Below are positions 30,728 through 41,300 of a stretch of DNA of 64,000 nt, one piece after another (position 1 is the stretch's first letter; each line of letters begins with the position of its first letter). The stretch comes from Candidatus Eiseniibacteriota bacterium. Lineage in GTDB: Bacteria; Eisenbacteria; RBG-16-71-46. The notes beneath the pieces are model-generated. The model made no database searches, was not told the origin of the DNA, and was given only the letters and a program-made list of their open reading frames with translations. Where the stretch lies: assembly GCA_044223005.1 (NCBI GenBank), contig JBGAML010000008.1, forward strand, positions 129,931 through 193,930. Reading direction: 5' to 3'. The translations under genes and the position numbers were made by a program.

Positions 30728-32476
30728 ATGCGTTTTCGCTTCCCGCGTTTCACTCCGGCACTGTGCGTGACGGCCACGCTCGCCGTCGCCCTGCTTGCGC
30801 CCGCCGCGGGCGCCGCGCCCGCCGGGCTCTCGCCCGCGCAGCAGGTGTGGTTCGACCGGATGCTGCCCGCGCTCGACGCCAGTGCGAACCTCGCCAACAA
30901 CTTCATGCGGAGCAACGATTCGTACACGATCGGGCGCGACGGCGGGAACTACACCGAAGCGCTGTGGGTCGCGTGGCTGTCGACCGGGGACAAGCGGTTC
31001 CTGGATCGCATGTACGACCTCACGCAGATGGCGCGCGACTCCCTGCGCGACGCGTGGCGCGACGGCACGACCGACGGCTACACCGACTGGCAGTGGCTGA
31101 TCGATCCGACGAACGCCACCTACTACGGCAAGGACACGAACTGGCTCGACGAATCCATCGCGTCGGGCAACGCGGCGCTCTGGATGTATGCCTTCAACGC
31201 CAATCGCGGGCTCGACGCGCGCTACGGCGAAGCCGCCGACTTCTGGCGCGACTGGCTCGAGAACGAGTTCCTCGCCAAGTGGTATTCGCGTGTGGGTGGG
31301 GACCCCATGGTGGCGTGGAACACGCCGTACGCCGCGTTCTACAAGCCCGACACCGAGCCGCGCTCGGCGAACTGGCGCCTGGCCTGGTACCTCTGGAAGG
31401 TGACCGGGAACACGTTCTACCGCGACCGCGCGGACCAGATCGTGGCCGAACTCTCCGGGGCGCAGCTGGACAATCCCGCGCATCCGCTCGCCTGGCGCTG
31501 GACCAAGGAGACGAATCCCGCTTCGCAGAGCTGGCAGCTGGTGAACTACGCCAACTACTACGTCCGCGTGGTGATCGAGATGAATCTCGAGAACCAGGCG
31601 TGGTACTCGAGCGACGCGGTCATGAAGAAGTTCGCCGGCACGTTCCGCGACGTGGTCTATGCGAACAGCAAGCCCGCGCTCACGGCCATGACCAACGACG
31701 TCGGCGGCGGTGGCTCGACGGCCTACGCGCTGTACGCGTTCAACGGCCTCGCGCGCTGGGATTCGACCGGGTTCCTCGCGGACCTCGCCGACAAATCCAT
31801 CACCGGCGCGGGCAACTACGCGGCCGGCGGGCTGTCGAAGGCGGCCCGGAACGACGTCTACATCTCCGCGTACGCCATGCTCGCGGTGACGCCGAAGAAC
31901 TCCGTGCCCACGCTCGTGGCCGCGTTCTCGGTGACGCCCGGGAGCGACGGCAGCGTGCGCGTGGACTGGGAGCTCGCGCCCGAAGCCGTGGGCGACGGCA
32001 CCAACGTCTACCGGATCGGCGCGGACGGCGTGTCGCGCACGCTCGTGAACGCGCAGCCGGTGACCGGCGCGGGACCGCATTCGCTCGTGGACGCGACGCC
32101 CAACGAGACGGGCACGCTCGCCTACGAACTGTGGGAGGTGAGCGGCGGTGTGGAGCGCAACCTGGGCCGCATGAGCGCCTCGCGCGTCGCGAACCCGTCC
32201 GGCGTGCGGCTGGCGCCCGCGGCGCCGAACCCGTTCGAGGGCGCCGTGACGCTGCGCTTCGCCCTCGTGCGCTCGGCGCACGCGCGGCTGGCCGTGATCG
32301 ATGCGTCCGGGCGGCGCGTTCGCATGCTCGCCGACGGCGAGATGCCCGCGGGCGAAGCCGCGTTCACGTGGGACGGCCGCGACGACGCCGGGCACGTGCG
32401 CGGCAGCGGCGTCTACTTCGCGGTGCTGGAGACGGCCGGCGCGCGGCTCGTGCAGCGGATCGCGCGCGTTCGCTGA
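30728..32476 (+). CDS. Secreted protein of unknown function (Trp/Tyr/Asn-rich helical domain, possibly an alpha/alpha-barrel) with C-terminal sorting domain
   Basis: AGGAGG RBS; signal peptide; LAWYLWKVTGNTFYRDRA resembles six-hairpin glycosidase helices; CTD APNPF...WDGRDDAG...GVYF. Confidence 0.75.
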   Translation: MRFRFPRFTPALCVTATLAVALLAPAAGAAPAGLSPAQQVWFDRMLPALDASANLANNFMRSNDSYTIGRDGGNYTEALWVAWLSTGDKRFLDRMYDLTQMARDSLRDAWRDGTTDGYTDWQWLIDPTNATYYGKDTNWLDESIASGNAALWMYAFNANRGLDARYGEAADFWRDWLENEFLAKWYSRVGGDPMVAWNTPYAAFYKPDTEPRSANWRLAWYLWKVTGNTFYRDRADQIVAELSGAQLDNPAHPLAWRWTKETNPASQSWQLVNYANYYVRVVIEMNLENQAWYSSDAVMKKFAGTFRDVVYANSKPALTAMTNDVGGGGSTAYALYAFNGLARWDSTGFLADLADKSITGAGNYAAGGLSKAARNDVYISAYAMLAVTPKNSVPTLVAAFSVTPGSDGSVRVDWELAPEAVGDGTNVYRIGADGVSRTLVNAQPVTGAGPHSLVDATPNETGTLAYELWEVSGGVERNLGRMSASRVANPSGVRLAPAAPNPFEGAVTLRFALVRSAHARLAVIDASGRRVRMLADGEMPAGEAAFTWDGRDDAGHVRGSGVYFAVLETAGARLVQRIARVR

Positions 32477-32561
32477 GCGCGCGCGACTGCGCTAGCTTCG
32501 GGGCGAGCGTCCGCCGCGCGCCGCGCGGTGGTCCGCCGTTCGTCCCGGAGCACGCCCGATC

Positions 32562-34091
32562 ATGACGCCCGACGTTCCCGGCTGGGTTCGCGACGCCGTC
32601 TTCTACCAGATCTTCCCCGACCGCTTCGCCGCGTCGTCGCGCGTGCGCAAGCCCGGTCCGCTCGAGCCCTGGGACGCGCCGCCCACGCCGCACGGCTACA
32701 AGGGCGGCGACCTGCTCGGCATCGTCGAGCGGCTCGACGAGATCCAGGACCTCGGCGTCACCGCGCTCTACCTGACGCCCATCTTCACGTCCGCGTCGAA
32801 CCACCGCTATCACACCTACGACTACCTCGAGGTGGACCCGCTGCTCGGCGGCACCGCGGCGCTGCGCGAGCTCGTCGACACGCTCCACGCGCGCGGCATG
32901 CGGATCGTGCTGGACGGCGTGTTCAACCACACCGGCCGCGGGTTCTGGCCGTTCCACCACGTCGTGGAGTCGGGCCTGCAGTCGCCGTACGCCGACTGGT
33001 TCCACCTCGACCGCGAGTGGCTCGAGGCCGGTCACGGGCTGCAGCCCTATCCCGGCCGCGGCGCCGCGGACGGCCACGCGGCGAAGCCGCGCACCGGCTA
33101 CGGCGCGTGGTGGAACCTGCCCGCGCTGCCCAAGCTCAACACCTCGCATCCGCCTGTGCGCGAGTACCTCTGGTCCGTCGCGGAGCACTGGCTGCGCTTC
33201 GGGATCGACGGCTGGCGGCTCGACGTGCCCACCGAGATCGACGACGAGCCGTTCTGGCGCGAGTTCCGCCGCCGCTGCCGCGCCGTGAACCCTGAAGTCT
33301 ACCTCGTCGGCGAGATCTGGGTGGTGGCGCCCGAGTGGCTGCGTGGCGACCGCTTCGATGCGCTGATGAACTATCCGCTGCAGCTGGCGCTGCTCTCGTA
33401 CACGGCCGGCGGCACGCTGGATCGTACGCATCTCGCCGCGCACCACGTGCTCGCCGAGGGTGCCGTACCCGCCGACGCGGCGGCGTTCCTCGCGCGCCTG
33501 CGCGAGATCCTCGCCGCCTACGCGCCCGCCACCAACGCCGCGCAGCTGAACCTGCTCTCGAGCCACGACGTGCCGCGCTTCCGCTCGCTCGCGGGCGGCG
33601 ACGTCACCGCGTTCCAGCTCGCGACGCTGCTGCAGGCCACGCTGCCCGGGGCGCCGTGCGTCTACTACGGTGACGAGATCGGCATGGCGGGCGGCCGCGA
33701 CCCCGACTGCCGCCGCGCGTTCCCGGCCGGCGAGCTCGGGCGCGACGACGCGCTGCGCGACGGCGTGCGCGCGCTGCTCCACGCGCGCGCGGCGCACCCG
33801 GCGCTGCGCGCGGATCGCGTCGAGCCGCTCGGGAGCATCGCGCACGCGCTGCTGCTCGGGCGCGGGGGCGCGGACGATCCGTCCGCGCGCGGCGAGTTCG
33901 CGATCGTCGGCACCAACGCCGGGCTCGCACCCGCGACCGTGACGCTGCGCGTTCCCGCACTCGCCGGCCGCAGGCTGCGGCCGCTCGCGCTGCCCGGCTT
34001 CGCGCCGCTGGCGCCGATCGCGCCCGGCGCGGACGGCGCGGCGGCGGTGTCGCTCGCGGCGCGTTCGGGCGGGATCTGGATCGCGGACTGA
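32562..34091 (+). CDS. GH13 neopullulanase/cyclomaltodextrinase-like glycosidase
   Basis: WVRDAVFYQIFPDRF, GGDLLGI, SNHRY, DGVFNH, GWRLDV, GEIW, SSHD, YYGDEIG. Confidence 0.93.
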   Translation: MTPDVPGWVRDAVFYQIFPDRFAASSRVRKPGPLEPWDAPPTPHGYKGGDLLGIVERLDEIQDLGVTALYLTPIFTSASNHRYHTYDYLEVDPLLGGTAALRELVDTLHARGMRIVLDGVFNHTGRGFWPFHHVVESGLQSPYADWFHLDREWLEAGHGLQPYPGRGAADGHAAKPRTGYGAWWNLPALPKLNTSHPPVREYLWSVAEHWLRFGIDGWRLDVPTEIDDEPFWREFRRRCRAVNPEVYLVGEIWVVAPEWLRGDRFDALMNYPLQLALLSYTAGGTLDRTHLAAHHVLAEGAVPADAAAFLARLREILAAYAPATNAAQLNLLSSHDVPRFRSLAGGDVTAFQLATLLQATLPGAPCVYYGDEIGMAGGRDPDCRRAFPAGELGRDDALRDGVRALLHARAAHPALRADRVEPLGSIAHALLLGRGGADDPSARGEFAIVGTNAGLAPATVTLRVPALAGRRLRPLALPGFAPLAPIAPGADGAAAVSLAARSGGIWIAD

Positions 34092-34107
34092 GCCGGTGCC
34101 GGCCGCG

Positions 34108-34491
34108 TCAGCGCGGGCCGCGCGGCGTGTCGCGCACGTAGACCTGGCCGTCCTCGTGCACTTCGAGCGTGTAGCGCATCGGCGTCACTGCCACGCCTGC
34201 GAGGCCGCCCGTCCAGTTCGACTCCGCCATGCGGTCGGCGAACTGCCACACGAGGCGGAACTCCGATGGGCTCGAGTTGCGGAACGTGAAGGTCGCGTCC
34301 GCGCCGTCGGCGAGGTCCTCGCGGACCTGCGTCTGGCCGGCCACGGTGAGCCGGACGCGCGTCATCTCGTGTCCCGAACCGTTGTGGATCACGGCCTCGT
34401 TCGCGTCGTCCCGACGTTGCAGCATGTCGCGGTGGTTCCAGCCGTACCACGCGACGAACGCGAAGATCGCGAGCCAGACGAGTCGCTTCAT
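34108..34491 (-). CDS. Hypothetical protein with N-terminal membrane anchor
   Basis: MKRLVWLAIFAFVAWYGW followed by a beta-rich domain. Confidence 0.6.
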   Translation of the reverse strand: MKRLVWLAIFAFVAWYGWNHRDMLQRRDDANEAVIHNGSGHEMTRVRLTVAGQTQVREDLADGADATFTFRNSSPSEFRLVWQFADRMAESNWTGGLAGVAVTPMRYTLEVHEDGQVYVRDTPRGPR

Positions 34492-34609
34492 CGGATCCCT
34501 CCGTCCCGGCACGCCGCGGGTGCCGGATGGCGCGCGCGCCGGGGCCCGGCGCACGCGGCGAGCCTACACCGCCGGCCGCCCATCGCGGCGGCCGGCGTGC
34601 GGGAACCGG

Positions 34610-36013
34610 TCACGTTCCGGGCGGGCGTTGCGTGTGCCACGACGACGCGGCCTGGTGCGCGACGCCGATCTCGAGCAGCGTCCGCTCGCCGAGCACCGGC
34701 CCGAGGAACGCGATCGAGGTCGGGAGGCCGTTCTCGCCGAATCCCGACGGCAGCGCGATCGCCGGCAGGCCCGCGAGGTTGCCGGCCGGGATCACGGGCG
34801 GACCGCCGCTCACGCCCGGGTAGACGCTGCCGAACGCCTGGTCGGCGGGGTAGGCGACCGTCGCGCGCGTCGGCGTCGCGATCGCGTCGAAGCGCTCGAA
34901 CAGCTTCGCCATCGCCGCGCGCATCGGGCGGCGCAGCCGCATCGCCTGCAGGTAGTCGACGGCGGGCGTGAGCAGCGCCGCGTAGCCGCCCGTGCGATCC
35001 GCCGGGCAGCGCAGCTTCGCCGCGTCGCCCGAGTCGAGCAGGTCGCGGAACGCGGCGGCGCCCTCGGCGCCCACGATCGTCCCCACCGCGGCGCCCCACG
35101 GGAAGTCCGGCCACTCGACGTCGCGCGTCACCGCGATCCGCGGCCCGAGTCCGGCGAGGGCCGTTTCGAAGTTGTCGCGCACCGCCGGCTGCACCTTCTC
35201 GACGCAGCCCTTCGGCACGCCGATCCGCCACGGCTTCGCCGCACGCCGCGGGCCGCTCCACGCGAACGCGCGCCCGAGGCACGACTCGTCGCGCGGATCC
35301 GCGCCCGCGATCGCCGCGAGCACGAGCCCCGCGTCGTCGGCCGAGCGCGTCATGGGCCCGAGCTTGTCGAGCGTCCACGAGAGCGCCATCGCGCCGTGCC
35401 GGCTGACGAGCCCGTACGTGGGCCGCAGGCCGGTGACACCACAGAACGCCGACGGCGTGAGGATCGAGCCGGACGTCTCGGAGCCGATCGCGAACGGCAC
35501 GAGCCCCGCCGCGACCGCGGCGCCCGGACCGCTCGAGGAGCCGCCGCTCCAGAACGCGGTGTTCCACGGCGTGAGGCCCGGGCCCGTGAACGACGCGTCG
35601 GCGTGGTCGTAGCCGAAGCCGCCCGCGAGTTCGACCATCGCGAGCTTGGCGACCAGCACCGCGCCCGCGTCGCGCAGCCTCGCGACCACCGCGGCGTCCT
35701 CGTCGAACACCTGGTGGCGGTAAGGCTCGGCGCCCCACGTGGTCGGGATGCCCTTCGTGGCCAGCAGGTCCTTCACGCCGTAGGGAATCCCGTGCAGCGG
35801 ACCGCGCACGTGTCCGGCACGAAGCTCGGTTTCGGCGGCGCGCGCCTCGGCCAGCGCGCGCTCGCGCGTCGGCGTGACCACCGCGTTGTAGCGCGGCCCC
35901 AGCGACTCGAGCCGCGCGAGGCTCGCCTCGGCGAGCGCGACGGGGGAGAGCGAGTGGTCGCGCAACTTCGCGCCGAGCACGCGCAGCGGCTGGAAGAGCA
36001 GGTCGTCGCTCAT
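34610..36013 (-). CDS. Amidase-signature family enzyme (GatA/AtzE-like)
   Basis: GPLHGIPYGVKD, GGSSSG, GSETSGSILTPSAFCGVTGLRPTYG (Ser-cisSer-Lys triad); no signal peptide. Confidence 0.92.
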   Translation of the reverse strand: MSDDLLFQPLRVLGAKLRDHSLSPVALAEASLARLESLGPRYNAVVTPTRERALAEARAAETELRAGHVRGPLHGIPYGVKDLLATKGIPTTWGAEPYRHQVFDEDAAVVARLRDAGAVLVAKLAMVELAGGFGYDHADASFTGPGLTPWNTAFWSGGSSSGPGAAVAAGLVPFAIGSETSGSILTPSAFCGVTGLRPTYGLVSRHGAMALSWTLDKLGPMTRSADDAGLVLAAIAGADPRDESCLGRAFAWSGPRRAAKPWRIGVPKGCVEKVQPAVRDNFETALAGLGPRIAVTRDVEWPDFPWGAAVGTIVGAEGAAAFRDLLDSGDAAKLRCPADRTGGYAALLTPAVDYLQAMRLRRPMRAAMAKLFERFDAIATPTRATVAYPADQAFGSVYPGVSGGPPVIPAGNLAGLPAIALPSGFGENGLPTSIAFLGPVLGERTLLEIGVAHQAASSWHTQRPPGT

Positions 36014-36020
36014 GGCCGCC

Positions 36021-36368
36021 TCACGCGCGGAAGACGGTGTCGGGACCGTCACCATTCGCGAGCCGCACCGCGTGCAGGCGCTTGCCGGCCGCGAGGTCGC
36101 CGTCGAAGTCGCTCGTGACCGACGACCACTGCGCGGTGTCGAGGCGGTCGCCGTAGCGCGCGCGCAGCACCTGCGCGAGCGCCTGCGCTTCGGGCGACGG
36201 CGTCTCGCTCGCGGGTGCCGCCGGTGGCGCGGGCGCCGCCGGGGCCACGGGCGCGCCCTGCGCGAACGCGATCGCGCCGGGCGGCAGCACGCCGGCGACA
36301 CCGGCCGCGGCGAGCCGCTGGAGGAACGCGCGGCGCCCGGCATCCGGGCGCGGGGAAGGAGCAGGCAT
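36021..36368 (-). CDS. Small Tat-signal protein, probable partner subunit of the amidase
   Basis: GGAGG RBS; GRRAFLQ Tat motif and AFA cleavage site; ends LANGDGPDTVFRA 7 nt before the amidase ATG. Confidence 0.7.
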   Translation of the reverse strand: MPAPSPRPDAGRRAFLQRLAAAGVAGVLPPGAIAFAQGAPVAPAAPAPPAAPASETPSPEAQALAQVLRARYGDRLDTAQWSSVTSDFDGDLAAGKRLHAVRLANGDGPDTVFRA

Positions 36369-36530
36369 GGGCACCTCCGGTCGGGGACGGAGCCGCGAAC
36401 GGAGTCGCGGATCGTTCGCACGGCGAGTTCGCGGACGCAGCCTAGCGCGAATCGGCCGCCCGATCCGCCGCGAATCGGCGTGGCGCCCACCGCGCTTGCC
36501 CGGCGGGCCGCCGACCGGCACGCTGCGCTC

Positions 36531-37343
36531 GTGAACGACGACTCGCACCAGCCGTCCGACGACGGGATCGAGCTCGAGGCGGCGGGCTGGGTGCCGCCCG
36601 ATCCGCACGAGCGGCCGCCCGTGGAGCTCTGGCGCGCCGTCGGCGACGTGCGCCCGTGGGGCACGCTGCTGATGCTGCTCGCGTGGGGCGTCGCCTACCT
36701 GCTGCTCGGCGCGCACGGTGCGCTGGGCGACGCCGACGCGCTCGCGGACTGGGGCGCCAACGCGATCGGGCAGCCGCCGGCGTCCGCGGCGTGGCGGCTG
36801 CTCGCCTCGACCTTCCTGCACTCGGGATTCGTGCACCTGTTCTTCAACGCGACCAGCATGCTCGTGCTCGGCCCCACGATGGAGCGGCTGTTCACGCGCT
36901 GGGGCTTCGCGGTCGTCTACGCGTTCGGCGGCATCGCCGCGTCGGCCGCCAGCCTGGCGTGGCGCACGTGGCCGGGCTCCGGCGGCGCGGGCGTGAGCGT
37001 GGGCGCCTCGGGCGCGATCTTCGCGCTCGGTGGCGCGACGCTCGTGGCCGCGCTGCGGCTGCGCCGGCAGCTCGCGCCGACGCGCGCGCGGGCGATGGGC
37101 GCGGCGCTCCTCTACCTGGTCGCGCCCGGGCTCGCCTCGGGCTTCTCGCACCCGGGTACCGACAACGCGGCGCACGCGGCCGGCGTGCTCGCCGGCCTGC
37201 TGTTCGGCGCGGTGCTGCCGCTGCACCCGCGGCTCGCGGGCGAGACCGTGCCGGCGGCCGAGCGTGTGCTCGCGGTGCTCGCCGTGCTGGCGCTGGCCGC
37301 GTCGTTCGCGGCCGGGATCGCGAGCGGGCTCGCCGCCGGCTGA
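36531..37343 (+). CDS. Rhomboid intramembrane serine protease
   Basis: WRLLASTFLH, HLFFN, GASG catalytic Ser, AHAAG catalytic His. Confidence 0.9.
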   Translation: MNDDSHQPSDDGIELEAAGWVPPDPHERPPVELWRAVGDVRPWGTLLMLLAWGVAYLLLGAHGALGDADALADWGANAIGQPPASAAWRLLASTFLHSGFVHLFFNATSMLVLGPTMERLFTRWGFAVVYAFGGIAASAASLAWRTWPGSGGAGVSVGASGAIFALGGATLVAALRLRRQLAPTRARAMGAALLYLVAPGLASGFSHPGTDNAAHAAGVLAGLLFGAVLPLHPRLAGETVPAAERVLAVLAVLALAASFAAGIASGLAAG

Positions 37344-37445
37344 GGCGCTTGCGCCGCGCCCGCGCGCGCGGCGACACTCCCGCTGCCGCGCGTGGCCCCC
37401 CGCACCGGCGTGGCGCTCCCCGAAACCGACCCCCGGAGGTTCGCC

Positions 37446-38093
37446 GTGAAGCATGGACGCCTGTTCGCCGCCGCCGCATTGCTCTCGCTCCTCGCCGTTC
37501 CCGCCGCGTTCGCCCAGGCCTCCGTTGGCCTCAAGGCGGGCCTGAGCGTGTCGCGCTTCTCGACCGATTTCGGCGACACGAAGTGGCGCAACGGCGCCGC
37601 GGGCGGAATCGTGGTCACGATGCCGCTCGCCAGCGGTTTCTCGTTCGCGCCCGAACTGCTCTACGTGCGCAAGGGCGCCACGCTCACCTCGACCAACGTC
37701 ACCGTCGGCGGCATCCCGGTCGCGAAGCTCGAGACGGGCTTCGACCTCGACTACGTCGAGTTGCCGCTCATGCTCCGCTGGTCGCCGCCGTCGCCCGGTC
37801 CCGCGTCGATCTTCTTCGCCGGCGGCCCCACCGTGAGCGTGAAGGCGAACGAGGCATTCACGACCTCGGGTGTCGTCGGCTACTCGTTCGGCACCGATCA
37901 GGCGAAGAGCACGGACTTCGGCGTCGCGGTCGGCGCCGGCGCGGGCCTGAAGTCCGGTGGCATCCGCTGGACGCTCGAAGGCCGCTGGGAGTTCGGGCTC
38001 GCGAACATCTCCAGCCTGCCCTTCGGCGGCGACGTGAAGAACTCGGGTGGCCAGGTGCTGCTCGGTGCGGAGTTCCCGCTCGGCGTGCACTGA
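37446..38093 (+). CDS. Outer-membrane beta-barrel (PorT-like/OMP_b-brl_2)
   Basis: Signal peptide; GLKAGLS, PELLYVRKG, LDYVELPLML, AGGPT, EGRWEFGL; GGAGG RBS. Confidence 0.8.
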   Translation: MKHGRLFAAAALLSLLAVPAAFAQASVGLKAGLSVSRFSTDFGDTKWRNGAAGGIVVTMPLASGFSFAPELLYVRKGATLTSTNVTVGGIPVAKLETGFDLDYVELPLMLRWSPPSPGPASIFFAGGPTVSVKANEAFTTSGVVGYSFGTDQAKSTDFGVAVGAGAGLKSGGIRWTLEGRWEFGLANISSLPFGGDVKNSGGQVLLGAEFPLGVH

Positions 38094-38121
38094 CCGCCGG
38101 GCGCGCGACGCGCGAGTTTCC

Positions 38122-38151
38122 ACGGGCGGCCCGGAATCCCGGGCCGTCCGT
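38122..38151 (+). terminator. Hairpin after the barrel gene
   Basis: acgggcggcccgg-aatc-ccgggccgtccgt (one G:U pair). Confidence 0.55.
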
Positions 38152-38304
38152 CGCATTGCCGGGAATCACGCACGGCGGCCTCGGGCCCGGCTGCAAAAAC
38201 CCTGTTAGGTCCGGTTCCCCGGCGCGAAAGGCCTTCATCCGTGGCCGGCGGAGTCCCCCCATCGCCGCCGGCGCATTCCCCGCCCGCCTCCAGGAGGCCA
38301 CCCC

Positions 38305-41300
38305 ATGCGCCGATGGTTCCCCGTCCTGTTCGCCGCCTGCCTCGCCGCGCTCGCGCCGTCCGCGCGTGCCGCGGTCCAGTTCCAGGGGCTCTCGTACACC
38401 CCGCAGGGGGCGTGCGTCGCCGACGTCGACGGCGACGGACGGCTCTCGCTCCACAACATCGGCTCGAGCGGCCAGGACGGCGTGAGCATCTGGTCGCCGC
38501 GCAGCAACGGCATGCGCGTCGCGCTCGACGGCCAGTGCAGCTCCCTGGACGTGGGTTCGTCGGTGTCGCTCGAGTGCACGTTCAGCCTCAACGGCCTGCC
38601 GCCGGGGCAGCCCGTGCTGCGCGTGGCCTCGTCGACCTTCTCGGTCTCCAGCAGCAGCCAGTGCACCGCGGCCTGTGACTTCGGCCAGCTGAGCTCGTCC
38701 TCGAGCATGGAGCTCGTCCTCTACCGGGGTGGCGAGCGGGTCTACAGCGTCACGGTGCCGCGCTCGTCGCACCTGCAGGTCGCGCTCGACGCCACCGGGC
38801 AGTGTCCGAATCCCGCCCTCTCGCTGTACACGGAGCGGGCGCCGTCGAGCTCCATGATGTGCTCGCGTTTCTCGTTCTCGTCCTCGGTCCACGTGTCGTC
38901 CGCGGAAGGCCTCTTTCCCGACGAGGACTGCGACGGCTTCGTCTTCCGCTGCCCCAAGGACGAGGACTGCGACGGTGTGAGCAGCTTCCTGCGCGTCGTG
39001 GCGCCGCCCACGTCCAGCTTCAGCAGCCTCACGTGCTCGAGCGGCGCGTGCCGCGCGCTCGACCACTGGGTGCACACGACCGGTCAGGCCACGCTCGACG
39101 TGGCGGACGTCGGCTCGACCCGGCGGGTGCGCGTGAGCAACATCGGTTCGAGCGGCCAGGACGGCGTCGAGGTGCTGTCGAGCCGCCGCGCGCCCATTCA
39201 GCCGATGGGCGGCGGGTTCGTGCTGCACGGCGAGGATTGCGACGACGGCGACGCCGTCTCGATGCGCTTCTCGCCGCCGGGGCTCGTGTTCGACCCGTCC
39301 TCCGACGCGGGCTCGTCGTCGGTGCTCACGGTCGTCGGCAACGCGTTCTCGAGCTCCGGGGCCTCGCTCGGCTCGGCGTCGGCATCGCTCACGCTGACCG
39401 TGGTGGGCAGCAACTTCTTCGCGATTCCGTCGCATACGGGCGGTGGCATGGACCAGGAGTGGGTGTCGGTGTTCAGCCACGGCGTCGAAGTGGCGCGCGC
39501 GCTGCTGGCTCCGGGCGCGCACGTGCAGGTCGACGCGCCCCCCGGCGGTCCCCTCGGCATGGCGATCAACGAGAAGGGGCTCCCCGGCGAGAAGGGGACC
39601 AAGAGCACGACCAAGAAGATGCTCGCCGGCGGCGGTGTCGATCTCGCCTCGACCGACCGCATCAGCAGCTCGTCCAGCACGCGCGGCTCGCTGGTCCTGC
39701 TTCCCCGCGTCCTCCACGTGAGCTTCGCGCACGACCGTGTCTTCGTGTGGGGGGGAGTGAGCGCGACCGGTGACGAGCTCGTCTGCTGGGCCGCGAGCTC
39801 GTCCGGCGCCGACGACGGGCTGTTCGAGGTGACGCAGTGCCGGGAGTTCGTCCGCTGCGCGTCGTCCTCGAGCTCGCTCTCGTCCATGGAGCTGCTCGAC
39901 GTCGTGTCGTCCGGCGGCGACGCGGTCACGCCGGTCGTCGGCAGCTCGAGCGTCTCGAGCGCCTCGACGTGCACGTCGATTCCGTTCGTCTTCTCGCGCA
40001 CGGACGAGACGCCCGCCCGCGCGTTCAGCGTCACGTTCCACCTGAGCTCCGAGCTCGCCAGCTGCGGCGCGAGCGTGGTCGAGGGCGACTACCTGAGCCG
40101 CGTCGCGGGCACGCAGCTGTTCGTGACCGACAACGGCGGCGGCTCGTACACCGTGGACTGCGGCATCATGGGCACCGTCTGCGGCGCGACCGGCGACGGC
40201 ACGCTGTTCTCGCTGCAGCTCGGCGCGGCCGCCGGCGTCGTGAGCGGCGTCGGCCAGGTGGTCGTGGACGACGTGGTCGTGCGCGACTGCTCGAACCAGC
40301 CCGTGCCCGCGTCGCCCGGCGCGACCGGCTTCGTGCCGATCCAGCTCTCCGCGCCGCCGGCGCTGTCGTCGTTCTCGGCGACGCAGGTGCTCTCGGGCAA
40401 TCCCGCCGGATCGTCGACGACGGGCGTGCAGCTCTCCTGGACACCGCCACCGGCGACGTCGTCCGTCGAGGTCTGGCGCAAGGGCTTCGGCAACTATCCG
40501 CTGTACGACAACGCGCCCAACGCCGGCGCGGTGCCGTCGCCACCCGCCACGCCGGCCGCAGCCTCCTCGTCCGGATGGTCGCTCGTGCAGTGCGCGTGCA
40601 GCTCGGGCGCCTGCGGGGCGTCTTCCTGCACCACGCCGACCGGCATGCTCGACCAGCCGCCCGCGCGCGACTTCCTGTACTACGTCGCATTCGTTCGTGA
40701 CGCGTACGGCAACCCGAGCGCGGTGTCGTCCATGAGCTCCGGCACGCTCGACTACCACCTCGGCGACGTGAGCACCGGCACCGTGGCCGGCCAGGGCGAC
40801 GACCAGGTCGACATCGCCGACGTCACGCTGCTCGGCGCGCACTACGGCACGGTGCTTCCGCCCGGCAGCCCGTTCTCGTACCTCGACGTCGGCCCGACGA
40901 CGGATTTCTCGACGCACGCGCGCCCGACCACCGACGGCCGCGTGAACTTCGAGGACTTCATGATGTTCGCCATCAACTACGGCGCCGTCTCCGCGCCCGA
41001 GGGCTACGCGCGACCCGCGGCGGCCGCGGCGAACGCGCTGCGGCTGGACGTGCCGCCGGTGCCCGGCGTGGGCGGGACGTTCGTGGCCGCGCTGCAGGCC
41101 GACGGCGCGGGGGATGCGCAGGCGATCAGCGCGCGGCTCGCGTTCGACGCCGCGGTGGTGGAGCCCGTCGGCGTGGAACCGGGGGCGCTGCTGGACCAGC
41201 AGGGCCGTCCCGGCGCGGTGTTGTCGTCGGATCCCGGGGACGTGGACGTCGCCCTGCTCGGAGCCGGACCGGGCCTCGCGGGCAGCGGCGAACTGGCGCG

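Noticed and set aside
34610..36013. Calling the amidase gatA
   Set aside because: No adjacent gatB, and the upstream partner carries a Tat signal.
38455..39168. Short direct repeats as a CRISPR array or DGR template/variable pair
   Set aside because: The repeats are in-frame and coding with only two copies each. No regular spacers, cas genes or reverse transcriptase lie in the window.
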